Source of the DNA: Octopus sinensis
Lineage: Eukaryota
NCBI RefSeq assembly: GCF_006345805.1
Contig: NC_043000.1
Span: forward strand, 9,858,001 to 9,922,000
Direction of reading: 5' to 3'
Length of the DNA: 64,000 bases
Part shown: positions 1 through 12,484 of the stretch, in pieces
How the letters are laid out: each line of letters begins with the position of its first letter
How positions within the stretch are numbered: position 1 is the first letter of the stretch
Made by a program: the position numbers and the translations under genes
Notes under the pieces: model-generated
The model's input: the letters and a program-made list of their open reading frames with translations, nothing else
What the model was told of the DNA's origin: nothing
Database searches by the model: none

Positions 1-621
1 GAACTAAACATTTACACAGATAAAAGTAGTTCCAAATATATCTAGACGAAAGAATCAATGCGAAGCTTGTAACCATTCCAGTACAGTCTATTGAGTCAAA
101 GTTTCACTGGTGCCAATGTATTACGGATAACATAATAAATCACTTCAGAGAATATAAAAAGGAAAATACTTGAAAATTTTACTGAGAGTGATTATTTCAC
201 AGAAGGCTAGTGATGAAAGAGAAGGTAATCATGAAAGTGGGATGATTATTGAAGTAAACTAAATATTTGTGAACAAGGTAATTAAGAAATGAAACGTATC
301 TCTTCGTTGTTTAATATCAAATCAAGGAATGCACTGGAAAAGTCTCGAAGAGACCAAGAGAGTGTTGTAACTACATTAGGAATTAAACACTGGACATAGA
401 GATTGAAATACTCTTTTACTTCTTTCGGCCATTTGACTGTGGCCATGCTGGAGCACTGCCTTTTAATCGAGCAAATCGACTCCAGGATTTATTCGTTGTA
501 AGCCTAGTACTTATTCTATCGGTCTCTTTTTGCCGAACCGCTAAGTTACAGGGACGTAAACACACCAGCATCGGTTGTCAAGCGATGCTGGGGATACAAA
601 CACAGATACACAAACATGAAT

Positions 622-707
<86 letters not shown>

Positions 708-1510
708 GACAGGTGTCTTTCAGTTTCCGTCTACTAAATCCACTCACAAGGCTTTGGTCGGCCCGAGGCTATAGTAGAAGACACTTGCCCAAGGTGCCAC
801 GCAGTGAAACTGAACCCGGAACCATGTGGTTCGTAAGCAAGCTACTTACCACACAGCCACTCTTGCAAATATATTTATACGAGAGAATATTTGCAGACTG
901 TAGACATCACGTACAGTGTTGAATGAAAGTTTGGCCGGTGCCAGCGTATTTGGAATAATGTAGTCGTAAATCACTCAAGAGAATATAAAATAGAAAATAT
1001 TTGGAAACTTTGTTAAGAGTAATTACTTCACAGAAAGTTTATGATGAAAGAAAATGCATCCACAAAAGTGGAATAATTATAGGAATAAACCAAATAATCG
1101 CGAACAAGGTAATTAAAGAATGAAAACTCGTTGTTTGTTGTTTAGCACCACAAGAAGTGCACCGGGAAATCTCTCGGATAGAGACGAAGAGTGTTTTGTA
1201 ACTGCTATAAGATGTTAAACATCGGTTATAGATTAAAATACTTGCAAGTATATTTAGACGAGAGAATAAATGTAGTTTATTAATATTACTGTGCAGTGTT
1301 GAGTAAAAGTTTTGTCGGTGCCAATGTATTAAGGATAATAAAACACTCCCGAGAATATACGATGGAAACATAAGATGGAAACATTGGCAATAATATTTAC
1401 TTCATAGGAAGCTTCTGATGAAAGAAATGGTATCCATAAGAGTGGAATAATTATTGAAGCAAACCAAGTATTTGTGAACAAGGTAACTAAGGAATGAAAA
1501 CTTGTTGTTT
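1..1510. repeat. Degenerate ~380-bp tandem repeat (at least 3 units), interrupted by a SINE
   Basis: Anchor GGTGCCA..GTATT at ~109, ~937 and ~1317, and TATTTGTGAACAAGGTAA-like blocks near 265, 1100 and 1470; spacing ~380 bp once the SINE is removed. Confidence 0.7.
409..865 (-). mobile_element. tRNA-derived SINE, family C (CORE-like CCTTGGGCAAG motif, internal microsatellite)
   Basis: Minus strand: GGCTGTGTGGTAAG (box A), GGTTCCGGGTTCAG (box B), GGCACCTTGGGCAAGTGTCTTC, (TA)n/(TG)n, (AAAGAGT)n tail; many copies in the window. Confidence 0.85.
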
Positions 1511-1781
1511 AACTCCAGGCTAGCTCTGGTGGAACAAGTTTCTGAAATACATCAATGCATTTTATTTCAAGCGGTCTAGCCGTGGGCATTAAGAATTTTC
1601 CGACATAGTTTATCTCAGGCTACAATAGGCAATATGATTTTTGTTTCCTTTTTCTTCCTATAGCAGCGTGTGATTTGAGGAAAACTTTGCTTCTATTTCT
1701 AATAGGTATAGTGAGCACGTAAAAGTTCCTTCATAATCATAACCGTCCCTCACATGCTAGTATGAGCTGGTAACATGTACC

Positions 1782-2015
1782 TATTTCGTTATTGCCCGCA
1801 AGAGGCTAAACATAGCGGGGACAAACAAGGACAGACAAACGGATTAAGTCGATTACATCGACCCCTGTGCGTAACTGGTACTTAATTTATCGATCCCGAA
1901 AGGATGTAGGGCAAAGACGACCTCGGTGGAATTTGAACTCAGAACGTAACGGCAGACGAAATACGGCTACGCATTTCGCCCGGCGTGCTAACGTTTCTGC
2001 CAGCTCGCCCCACTT
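1782..2015 (-). mobile_element. tRNA-derived SINE, family A, with 59-bp flanking duplication
   Basis: Head GGCGAGCTGGCAGAAACGTTAG...GAGTTCAAATTCC; flanks 1723-1781 and 2016-2074 identical except for one base. Confidence 0.9.
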
Positions 2016-2529
2016 AAGTTCCTTCATAATCATAACCGTTCCTCACATGCTAGTATGAGCTGGTAACATGTACCATGATTTTACTAATTGTTTTAGGTGT
2101 CAATATGAACTTGAGCAGACACAGACACTCTTTCAACCCTCCTTTTACTTGACTCAGTAGAGCAATCGAGGATATGACGGTTGAAGAGAGAGAAAGGGTT
2201 ACACTAAAACTGGTACATATTTTCAGCTGAGTAGATTGGAGCAACATGAAATGAAGATCTGTGTACAAAAATACACCACGGAATCGAACCCGTAATTTAC
2301 GAACGTAAGTTCAACTCCTTAACCTGTCAGTTAAGCGTCTTCCCGTAGGCTTGAATATAAACAGGTTGTGTTGAATGTTCTCCAAGAATGGGTGCTAATC
2401 TTCTGATATTCTCGAAACAAACAGAAAGGTCAGTTACAGAATTGATAAAATTTGATTTCGCCAGTAAAAAGCATTATGCTTGAACACAGATAACTTAGCA
2501 GCATCAGTAGCTACCTCAACGTTGCCGTT

Positions 2530-2930
2530 ATTGTTTAGCCCTCGGTCAGCTTTGATCGAGCAAACCTGTGATCTAAGGAATTCCACCCATGATCATTCTG
2601 GTTTTTTTTCCTACGAACAGCGAATCCAAGATCATACTACAGAATCAAGCTATTTAACGTGACTTTCACAAAGAAGATGCGGTACGGCTTGAGAGAGATT
2701 TGATTCTTTTGTCTAAGAAGTCGAGTAACAATGTAGAGGTGCTTTCGTTGGCTTATTAGCAAAAGGTAAATGTCTTACACGTTCGAGGTAAATAACTGCA
2801 ATAAATAAAGACGATTTAGTAGTTAGTACAGTGATCTGAGAGAGGTTTGGTTGCTATTTCTAGGAAATCGAGTGCTCATGTCGACACTCTTTGGTTGGCA
2901 TGCTAGCACAAGGTAAATGTCATAGACGCT
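2530..2930 (+). repeat. Unclassified dispersed repeat (family E) with an internal ~150-bp duplication
   Basis: CCTCGGTCAGCTTTGATCGAGCA...GAGAGATTTG..CTATTTCTAG blocks recur near 1500-1720, 25350-25620(-), 26060-27070, 40620-40820(-) and 57675-57860. Confidence 0.6.
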
Positions 2931-3633
2931 CGAAATACATAACTGAAGTAGATGAAGATGCTTGAATAGTCAGTAAAGAGAATTTCAAAGAATTAGCTAA
3001 TCTATATTATATTAGTAGAGATGAAATAGATAATGTTGTTCAAATTGGCACCAATTATATGGAAACTGAGATGCCATATCTCTATTCAGGACTGTATCAG
3101 AGATACTTCTATGGAAAGAATATATTTACTCAAAGGATTACGAATCAATAATGAAGTCTCCATTCGCTCCCCCAACCTTCTAGAAACAGTGACCAATTTT
3201 CCTTCAAATTCTACGTTATATTAAAAATTCACTGGCCGAAGAACCTGCAAAGAGGTCCAACTGGATCCGGCGAGGATTGAATAAAAGTGATTTTCAGAAG
3301 GCATAATTTATCCTGCTTGTAACTTGTGTCTCAGACCGAAGTATTTACGACATCCAAGATATATTACAATAGGACAAAATTTATCATGTTTACTCTACTC
3401 ACTGGTCCAATAAAAAAAATATATATATACTGACCATCCAGGAAATTTCTGACTTCAGAATATGACAAAAGAAAAGCTAATTTAGAGTAATGACTTGGAT
3501 GCAACCTTTGAGCGTAAGGAGTTAAAAGCCAAAACACTTGCATAAAAGGAGAGGTTTCTTCTCTGAAGACCTGCTGTTCAACTCTTACTAGAGTTTCTCA
3601 TTAACTTAAAGAAATATTGGATAATGTTCTTCT

Positions 3634-3800
3634 ACAGGCGCAGGTATGGCTGTGTGGTTAAGAAACTTACTTTGCACCTCCGTGGTTTCAGGTTCATTCC
3701 CACAGTGTGGTACGTTGAACAAGTGTCTTTTACTATTGCCCCCGGCTCAATCAATGCCTTGTAAGCAAATTTAGTAGACAGAAAGTGAGGAAGCCCACCA
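3634..3800 (+). mobile_element. SINE family C, 5' half, running into (CA)n
   Basis: GGCGCAGGTATGGCTGTGTGGTTAAG...GGTTCATTCCCAC...AACAAGTGTCTT. Confidence 0.8.
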
Positions 3801-3864
3801 CAGACACACACACACAGACACACACACACAGACACACACACACAGACACACACACACACACACA

Positions 3865-3904
<40 letters not shown>

Positions 3905-4096
3905 ACACACACACACACACAAATGTTAAAATACAGAGTCTATGTATTAATAAGTGCCCATTGGTTGGAGAAATTCGAATTAGTTTACATGCGGTTAAGC
4001 GTTTCAGAAAATATCTAATCATAACGGTTTCTCGATATATCCGTGTGTGTGTGTGTGGCATTATACGGTAATAAAAGACTCACAGTAAAAACTGCA

Positions 4097-4138
<42 letters not shown>

Positions 4139-4178
4139 CTGGAGGCTAGTTTTACAAATTACATTACCTGTGGAACGA

Positions 4179-4254
4179 TCGCACTGACGAGTCTACGGAC
4201 AATTGGATTATATAAGTAATTCATTTGTTAATAGACGAAACCGCCGGTCTGTGA
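4179..4254 (+). ncRNA. Type I hammerhead ribozyme motif, complete core
   Basis: Stem I TCGCA/TGTGA; CTGACGA 4184-4190; stem II GTCTA/TAGAC with a long hairpin extension; GAAA 4237-4240; stem III ACC-GCC-GGT; GUC triplet 4247-4249. Confidence 0.8.
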
Positions 4255-4809
4255 GTAATTCTGATTTTTTAAATATAATTTTCATCTGTCTTGCCCGCCT
4301 AATTGTTCTGGTGTCCAATCTTTTCGACATACAGCCGTATAGGATTATAAACATTGATTAAGAAATATATTTGGAGTTAAGCTGGAATTGCTCTCTCACT
4401 GAGCAGATATGGAAAACAACGTTTCTGGTTTTAGCTATCGTCAGTTGAAATATAGCATTCGCTCTTCCTGACGCAGTAGTATCTAGCTTACTATAAAGAA
4501 ATTATTGCGAAAAGAAAGAGTGACACAGAGAAATTTATTTATTAATAATTTAATTACAAAGGAGCGTTGAGCACATGTTTATATAATAAGACAACTTGTT
4601 CGATTATTTAAAAGATTTTTGTGTTTCCCTTTAACATCATACATTAATAACTTCCTCTCCTTTAATTTTCTTTGTCGTTTGTACTCTAAGTTTGATTTAT
4701 TAGTATATAACTATATGTAGATTTATATTTAAATATTCATCGTCTGAAATCTTCAGTGTTTGCTTTCATTCTGATGCATGTATACATCTCTCTCTCTCTC
4801 TCTCCCCCC

Positions 4810-4846
<37 letters not shown>

Positions 4847-4861
4847 CACTGGGCTTACAAA

Positions 4862-4955
4862 AAGAATAATTCCCGGGGTCGAGTTGCTCGACTAAAGGCG
4901 GTGCTCCAGCATGGCCGCAGTCAAATGACTGAAACAAGTAAAAGAGTAAAGAGTA
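4862..4955 (+). mobile_element. SINE family C, 3' fragment
   Basis: GGGGTCGAGTTGCTCGACTAAAGGCGGTGCTCCAGCATGGCCGCAGTCAAATGACTGAAACAAGTAAAAGAGT. Confidence 0.8.
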
Positions 4956-5861
4956 TAGGATTATTAACTTAGAGCATATTTGCTAGATTCTACTTTATAT
5001 ATCCTGAAAGAAGAACGGACTAAATCACTTTGAATCAATTTAAGCGATCTGAACTAGGATGACTAATATAGAGACTCAGCTTTTACAGACTATCATCACT
5101 TTCGACATACTTTTGGTTCGGGCTGTAATTTCATGCAATTTCCTTGCATAACTTGTTTGATTATGCAATAGAAATCTCGCTTGTTGGCCCCCAAATTAAC
5201 CCGAGGTCTCGAGATTAAATGGGACGAAATCATGTGCTGTGTAATGTTTATACGTTTCTCAAAACCTCTCGATGTATAAAAATTGAAACATCTACAAAAG
5301 ACAATACGAGATCACGGCTTTAAGCATATTATGGCGAAAAACCATGAATATCGAAATAGGATTTTTTTGTATTTTTTTTTAAAGAAAAAAAATCATCAAA
5401 GTGTGGACAGAAAGCAGCTGAGACAATTAATTCGGGAATAAGCACGCTTTGTTCATTTGATCTATTATTAATTAGAAGCCACCCAAACTAATTAAACACA
5501 ATGTAAACGGATGTCTTTCTACAACTTCAGCTTGAAAAGGGCTGAAGGATGTGAGTCCTATTAAAGTCATTATCCTCTTTCACTCATCGTTAAAAATGTT
5601 GACAGTTTAGTTCAGCTAGATTAGATGTAATCTCAATGCCGTGAAATACGATATCGTACTTGGTTTTATGTATTATTTTTCTGCATTAAATGTGTAGCTT
5701 TTCTCGACCACAGCTTCAGTTCAATACACTTTTAATTATGTATAAATCCATCACTTCAGTGTTGTTGTCTATAAAATATGTCAGACAAAATATGTGAAAT
5801 ATCCAATCTATTGTACATATGATCATACTTCGAAATTTTATGTATTATAAATACTTTCTAC

Positions 5862-6035
5862 TATAGGCTCAAGGCCTGAAATTTTTGTGGGAAGGGGCTA
5901 GCCGTTTCCTCAGACCTCAGTACACAACTGATACTTGTTTCACCGACCGTGAAAGGATGAAAGGCAAAGTCGACATCAACAGAATTTGAACTCAGAACGG
6001 TAAGACGGACGAAATGCAGCTGTAATTTTCCCACC
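5862..6035 (-). mobile_element. SINE family A, variant tail (A2), 5' degenerate
   Basis: GAAAGGATGAAAGGCAAAGTCGAC..AATTTGAACTCAGAACG core shared with family A. Confidence 0.75.
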
Positions 6036-6212
6036 ATTTCTCGTATATATTTCCAACAAATATTTACTTTAGAACACGTAGCCTTGTATATTTCTGATTC
6101 ATTAATCACAGATCCAGAATGACACGGTACACTCAGATATGAACCATGTTACGTTTATTACGGATAGCTGTATGATAACACAGATCGGTGATCAGTTGAA
6201 GAGACTGTTCGT

Positions 6213-6483
6213 TTTTGTTTGTTCCTTCTCGAGCCATCTCTGGCTCATAAGGGCCGGTTTCCCGGTTTCTTTGGCGTATAGGTACCCCACCTGGATGCAG
6301 GAGGAAAGAGTGAGAGAAAGTTGTGGCGAAAGAGTCAGCAGAAGTTCGCCATTACCTTCTGCTGGAGTTGCATGGAGCTTAGGTATTTCGCTCATAAACA
6401 CACACATCGCCCGGTCTGAGATTCGAGCCCACGATCCCTCGACCGCGAGTCCGCTGCTCTAACCACTAGGCTATGTGCCTCCA
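6213..6483 (-). mobile_element. tRNA-derived SINE, family B
   Basis: Minus head GGAGGCACATAGCCTAGTGGTTAGAGCAGCGGACTC...CTCGAATCTCAGACCGGGCG; close paralog at 8665-8942. Confidence 0.85.
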
Positions 6484-7309
6484 CAAGAGCCTGCTTATAT
6501 CGCAAAAAACCTGCCTTATCCAGGAACGCGTACCACCCACACTGCTCAGCTACATAGAATGCACTGATTATCGCTAGTGTTTACATGACTGTGTTGCGAA
6601 GCTGCATATATTTTATACGGATTTACTTTACGGGATCAGAAAATAGAAAAAAAAAATACTAAGGTATCTGTTCCTAAGAAATGATATAGACGAGTGTGTT
6701 TTTTACAAAAAAATAAATAATAAAATAAAAATTAAAAAAAAAAGGATCAAGAAAATATGTGACGTTGGAAGCTTCGCTGCTGTGGGCTGTGAGTTTGGTA
6801 TCAATAAATCTATTCGCTCCAAAGTGCGTGCAGATGATTCATTTATCACTGCTTTTTATTTATTTATTTATTTATCAAACCCAACTTCCATGATAAACAA
6901 GGATAGATGTATATATATCTATTCTTAACGTCATGTTAAGGAAAAGTGACACTTCCGATTGAAGAACTTCCTGGAACCGAGAAGTGTTCAGGTTTGTCTC
7001 GTGTGCTTTCTGATATAAACATAATACAGGGAATCAATTAGAGTTATATTTCTTTTAGTGTGTATCTAGATATGTTAGTTTCTAATGTTCTGATCAATGT
7101 GCATGATTTCATCTACTTAACTGTTTTATTCTGAACATCTCTCGTATCTATCTGAAATCAAACGTAAATGCGAGCATTTGGTTTGCATTGACCTACATAA
7201 AGGCAATAAACAAGGTCAGATAAAGTTCACGAACAATAATTAGCGTGAACGTAAAAAAAATGTCGGCTGCTGCTTTATTTTGTGGCTAAAGATAGAAACA
7301 GATAGACAT

Positions 7310-7555
7310 ATATAGACATGTGTGTGTGTGTGTGTGTGCGCGCGCGCGCGTATGTATATACATACATATATATCATATATAATAATTATATATACATATA
7401 CCGTATATATTATTATTATTATTATTATTATTATTATCATTTTTATTATTATTACCATTATTATTACTATATATATATTGTGATATGCATATACATATAT
7501 ACATATGCATGTATATACATATATACATACCACGCACACGCACACACACATACAT

Positions 7556-7648
<93 letters not shown>

Positions 7649-7660
7649 ATGTATATATTG
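7310..7660. repeat. Compound microsatellite (TG/CG/TA/ATT/AG)n
   Basis: Read directly; explains the overlapping low-complexity ORFs. Confidence 0.95.
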
Positions 7661-8664
7661 TGAGAGTGAGAATGAGTATGTGAAAGAGAGACAGTCTGAT
7701 GAAAGAATTGAGAGATGAAACGGATTATGAGCTAGCACGATAAGCTCATTATTGCGGTAATCCGTTTGCGAGTTTACATGTAGTGATAAAATGTAGTACG
7801 TGCAGCTTAATCCATACGGTAATGTAAGTTTCTAGTGCAAAGAGAGTCACATATGCTTGACCGGATAGGGTCTCAGAGAATAACTGAGTGATCAGCGTAT
7901 CCTATTGTCTTTCGACCACCGGACAGTGTCCATGGTCACGAATCTCAACAGAACTGTGAGAAGACACTATATGATCGTCTACAATTGTAAACAACACAAA
8001 AAAAGCTTTCTTTGGCATTTGGCTGTAAGTTCTATTTCTCCTGTTGGTTTGGATCATGTAAAATCATTATTTATGCATTTCTTTAAAAATTCTGCATCGT
8101 TACTCTTGCATAGACTAACACAGAAAGTTCGTGTCACGGACATCATTTGTAAAGGCCAGATTTTGCTTTAGATATATTTATTACTCGCAAATTCATACAC
8201 AGCAACAAAGCCTCACAGTTCAGTTTATTGTTTAATTATCTTAACCCGATGATGAGCAATGTAGAGTAGAGCCGGTCCGAGCTGAGCAGACCCATTTGAT
8301 CCGATTCGATCCAATCTGAACCTGTGACTCAGTTTTATCTTTTCTTTATCCAGAGCCGTCCATGAGGTTAATGGCACCGTAGACGGCAAAATTTCAGAGC
8401 TCTTACAAATATAGCTGAAAGAATAGATCATAAAGAGGAAAAGTACCAAATGAATAGTGTTTAGAAAAATTAAATGTTGGCAATGGTCCATAGGGGTAAG
8501 ACAAGGATGTGTGATTAAGAATTTCGCTTCGCAGTCAAATGGCTTTGGATTGTTTAGTCCAACTGTGCAGCATCTTGGAAAACTGTCTTCTACTGTAGAT
8601 CCTTCTGAGTGACTTTCGGTACATGGAAATGCGAGGAAGCCCGTTGTGTATATATATGTTTGTT

Positions 8665-8942
8665 CTTTCTCGCGACATGCCTGGCTCATAAGGGCCGGTT
8701 TCCCTGTTTTCTTGGCGTATAGGTACCCCACCAGGACGGGACGTCGGTCCGTCGCAAGTGAGCTGCAAGATGCAGGAGGAAAGAGTGAAAGAAAGTTGTG
8801 GCGAAAGAGTCAGCAGAAGTTCGCCATTACCTTCTGCCGGAGCCGCTTGAAGCTTAGGTGTTTCGCTCATAAACACACACATCGCCGGTCTGAGATTCGA
8901 ACCCGCGATCCCTCGAAAGCAAGTCCGCTGCTCTAACCACTA
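8665..8942 (-). mobile_element. SINE family B
   Basis: Paralog of 6213-6483 (CTGGCTCATAAGGGCCGGTTTCCC...GTCCGCTGCTCTAACCACTA). Confidence 0.85.
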
Positions 8943-8949
8943 TATATAT

Positions 8950-9391
8950 GAGTAAATGTAAGGACAAGCAAGTTAGGCAAGCCTATATACAAAAAATACT
9001 AAATACATTTAATACACAAAAACGTACATACATTTACATATAAAATGGTCCGCCTTATACAAAATAGAAATCCTATCAGGAATTAAAGCGGCTGAATAAG
9101 AGTCTTACGAGTCCAACATCTGTTTCTGGAAGTTTGGTAGTCCAAAATAATGATTGTAAATTGATTGCATCATCCGATAATACCAGCCTCCGTCTTCAGG
9201 GAAGACTTCCCATCTTTAATCTCCGTTCTTTCAACATCTCAAATGTAAAACTTTTATTCAACCGCTTTAATTCCTGATGTCATTTCTATTCTGTGTAAAT
9301 CGGACCTTTTCATATGTAAACATATGTACATTTTTTGTATTAAAGGTATTTAATGTTCTTTTGCCTAACTTGCTTGTCCTTACATTTACTC
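8950..9391. mobile_element. Foldback/MITE-like element with long terminal inverted repeats
   Basis: Perfect 31-bp termini GAGTAAATGTAAGGACAAGCAAGTTAGGCAA / TTGCCTAACTTGCTTGTCCTTACATTTACTC; imperfect pairing continues ~160 bp inward. Confidence 0.8.
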
Positions 9392-9489
9392 CTCTAACCT
9401 GATCAAGTTTAAATCTCTTGAGCACTACGAAGTGTATTCTATTCGGAGAATATCTGTCTCTCATCTATGTATGTATGTATGTATGTATG

Positions 9490-9521
<32 letters not shown>

Positions 9522-9540
9522 TATATATATATATATATAT

Positions 9541-9705
9541 ATAAAGGGAAAATTTACGAAAATAAACAAAAGACGAAGGCAGGTGGAGTACAAACAAACA
9601 AATGTATTAGTATAGCGCTCAGGAATAGAAAAAGTCTTTTACGTTTCGAGCCTACGCTCTTCGACAGAAAGGTACATAGAAAAAAAAACAAGGAGAGAAA
9701 CAAGG

Positions 9706-9706
<1 letters not shown>
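9541..9706 (-). mobile_element. Short Penelope-pLTR-like element (family X) with HHR-like motif at 9636-9671
   Basis: Minus: CTTT CTGTCGA A GAGC-GTAG-GCTC GAAAC GTA AAAG; 3' end abuts (TA)n; other copies at 32886, 48318, 51607, 52555. Confidence 0.65.
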
Positions 9707-9752
<46 letters not shown>

Positions 9753-11085
9753 CAGATAGATTGATACATACATAGATTCCATTTCCAAGTAAGTTTATCT
9801 TAATACACACACACACACATATTATATATATATATATAATTGTGTTTGTCTCCATTACTTATGTTACTTGTTCACGAACACCGTAACTTAGCGGTTAGGC
9901 GAAGAGATCCGATACAGTAAATACCTGACTAAAAAAAAAAAATCCATTCAACACGGTACTCCAGTATGGCTGCAGTTCAATGACTTAATTATGATGTTTT
10001 AAATGTGGGAGTAAAATCTGTATTACGATTTATTAAATGTAGGGATAAGGGATGTAGTTGTGAAGATTTATTAGAGCGTCGGTAAAAAATGCTTTGCGTT
10101 CTGAGTTCAGAAACCGCTGACGTTACCATTGCCTTTCATACTTCCATTAAGATAAAGAACCAATCAAGTACTGGGATCGATATAATCGATTATCTCCCCA
10201 ACTGAAATGGTTGTCATGTGCCTAAATTAGAAACAATTAAATTTTGTAATGTAATGATTATTACTATTTCTTAAACGTAGAAATAACGTGTTTATTTTCA
10301 AATTTTTCTCATTGCATTTGGAAGATTCGAAACACATGATATGATGTCTCCCAGCATGTGACCCCTCGGGCGATTGCCCCAGTAATCGTTGTAGCGATTT
10401 CAGATCACAATTACCATCCCCTTACCTCCTGGAAATTTGAAAACGTACTTAGATTACCGGAAGTGGGATGAAATCGATGTTAAATTACCCTTGGGTGATA
10501 GCTGGAAATTATTTCATCTTTAGCAATACGATTTCAAAATAAACCCCACCAAAACATTTATCGCACTTTATCTCTGCAGCAGCAGCAACACCAACAGCAA
10601 CAAAACCAGCAGTAGTTGTAGTGGTTGTGGTGGCTGTGGTGGTGGTGGTGGTGGTGGCAGTAGCAGTAGCTTATGAAACTAGGTTTAAATTAAACTTGCA
10701 TGTATTATGAAATCGATTTCATCTTGTCTGAAGATTAATTTAAATGATTGCGGCGGGGGTGGGGTGGGTTAACTTGAAATCTTTAGACCGGAACCTACTT
10801 CCGGCCAATGTTTTCACCAGTAAAACCCTCTTGAGTGACACCTATTTAAGAAGCAATTTATCTATGTTGACGGTCTCTGGTGGTTTTCTCAACGTCTCGA
10901 GTCAGTAATGTAAGATGGTCGTTTACGCGTGTTTAGCAACGAATAAATTGATAGGGGAATAGTGACAAGAAAGGCAATCAATCATTATTTTAGTAATTTG
11001 GAAGTAATCTGAGATTGAAATAATTTTGGAGAGTTTTAAAAATAAAATTAAATAAAATAATATAAAATAAAATATATATATTTTT

Positions 11086-11280
11086 TACTGCCCACAAGGG
11101 GCTAAACATAGAGGGGACAAACAAGGACAGACAAACGGATTAAGTCGATTATATCGACCCCCAGTGCGTAATTGGTACTTAATTTATCGACCCCGAAAGG
11201 ATGAAAGGCAAAGTCGACCTCGGCGGAATTTGAACTCCGGCTACGCATTTCGCCCGGCGTTGCTAACCGTTCTGCCAGCT
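11086..11280 (-). mobile_element. SINE family A with an internal deletion
   Basis: Matches 1782-2015 but lacks the AGAACGTAACGGCAGACGAAATA segment. Confidence 0.85.
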
Positions 11281-11289
11281 AATAAGCGT

Positions 11290-11483
11290 AAGTATGTTTA
11301 TGTGGTTGCTTTCCAGTCACGTAGTTCCGAGTTCAGTTCCACTGCGTTGCAGCCTGGGCAAGTGTCTTCTATTAATAATTATAAATATGCAACGACTCTT
11401 TTACTCTTTTACCTGTTTCAGTTATTTGACTGCGGCCATGTTGGGGGTACAAACACAGACACACAAATATATACACACACATG

Positions 11484-11549
<66 letters not shown>

Positions 11550-11715
11550 TACGACGGGCTTCTTTCAGTTTCTGTCTACCAAATCCACTCACAAGGCTTT
11601 GGTTGGCCCGAGGTTATAGCAGAAGACACTTGCCCAAGGTGCCATGCAGTGGGACTGAACCCGGAACCATGTGGTTGGTAAGCAAGCTACTTACCACACA
11701 GCCATTCCTGCGCCT
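11290..11715. mobile_element. Two family C SINE pieces in opposite orientation
   Basis: Plus head 11290-11375 (GGGCAAGTGTCTTCTATT); minus copy 11398-11715. Confidence 0.75.
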
Positions 11716-12484
11716 ATAATATATAATTTTTTTAAATATATAATTTAAAAAAAATATTAAATAGCTATGAGCGTCAATCCAAGTAAAATGGGAATCAAAG
11801 GAGACCATAGGCAAAAAATGGTCGTGGCTCACTGCTCCAACCGTGGTTCGTCGACATTAGATAATTTAGAGTACAATATCAGCATCTTCAGAAATTTAAA
11901 TGTACAACAAGATATAAATTAATCAGTAACAATGAAATCTCATCGGAAAAGCAAGAGTATTTCATTAGCTATAGTTATATTTTAATCAGTAAAGGCAAGA
12001 GACTATGAAGTATTCGTCTCGTACGTAATTCGCCAAATATTTGGAACAAAACCGATGGCGGAAATTAAATGAAATTCTTCGCCAGAACTGGACAGTGTAT
12101 TGTAAAAGTACAGTTAGCAGGAAGAAGTATTTACGTATGTAAGTGAACTGTAACAGTGTTTACATATCTGAGATGAGAGAGAGGGAGAAATAGAGCAATA
12201 GAAAGAGAGTGCGTGGGAGTGGAGAGAGAAAGAGAGAGAAAGAGACAGTGAGAAATAGACAGATAGAGAAAGACAGAGAGAGAGAGAGAGAAAGAGAAAG
12301 AGAGGATATTCAATTTTCTTTACACTCTGTTCTTTTCTTTCCGTCTGGATTTATGTAGGAAGGTCAGGATTCATGGCTTTTTGGACGGTTTCTGAGAATG
12401 TTGGAGGAAAGTAAAAGGAACCAAGACTAGTGTTATTCTCAGACGGGAGAGCTGTTTCGATAACTTGCAACAAGCTGACCCTGA

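Noticed and set aside
1410-1505. CTGATGA...GAAAAC in the 380-bp repeat as a retrozyme-type HHR
   Set aside because: No stem II or stem I pairing in any unit.
4415-4450. Minus-strand CTGACGA TAG..CCA GAAAC GTT
   Set aside because: Stem II has a mismatch and stem I does not pair; at best a decayed motif.
7696-7740. CTGATGA AAGAATTGAGAGAT GAAAC as an HHR
   Set aside because: Stem II cannot form.
7890-7985. Minus-strand phase-1 exon candidate xDHIVSSHSSVEIRDHGHCPVVERQ*, with HCPVV recalling the USP C-terminus
   Set aside because: It lacks the GSRG and GSVS motifs and the spacing is too short; likely coincidence without read support.
10570-10680. (CAG/CAA)n and (GGT)n tract after an acceptor-like TCTCTGCAG as a polyQ exon
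   Set aside because: The polyQ frame stops early and no good donor follows; simple repeat.
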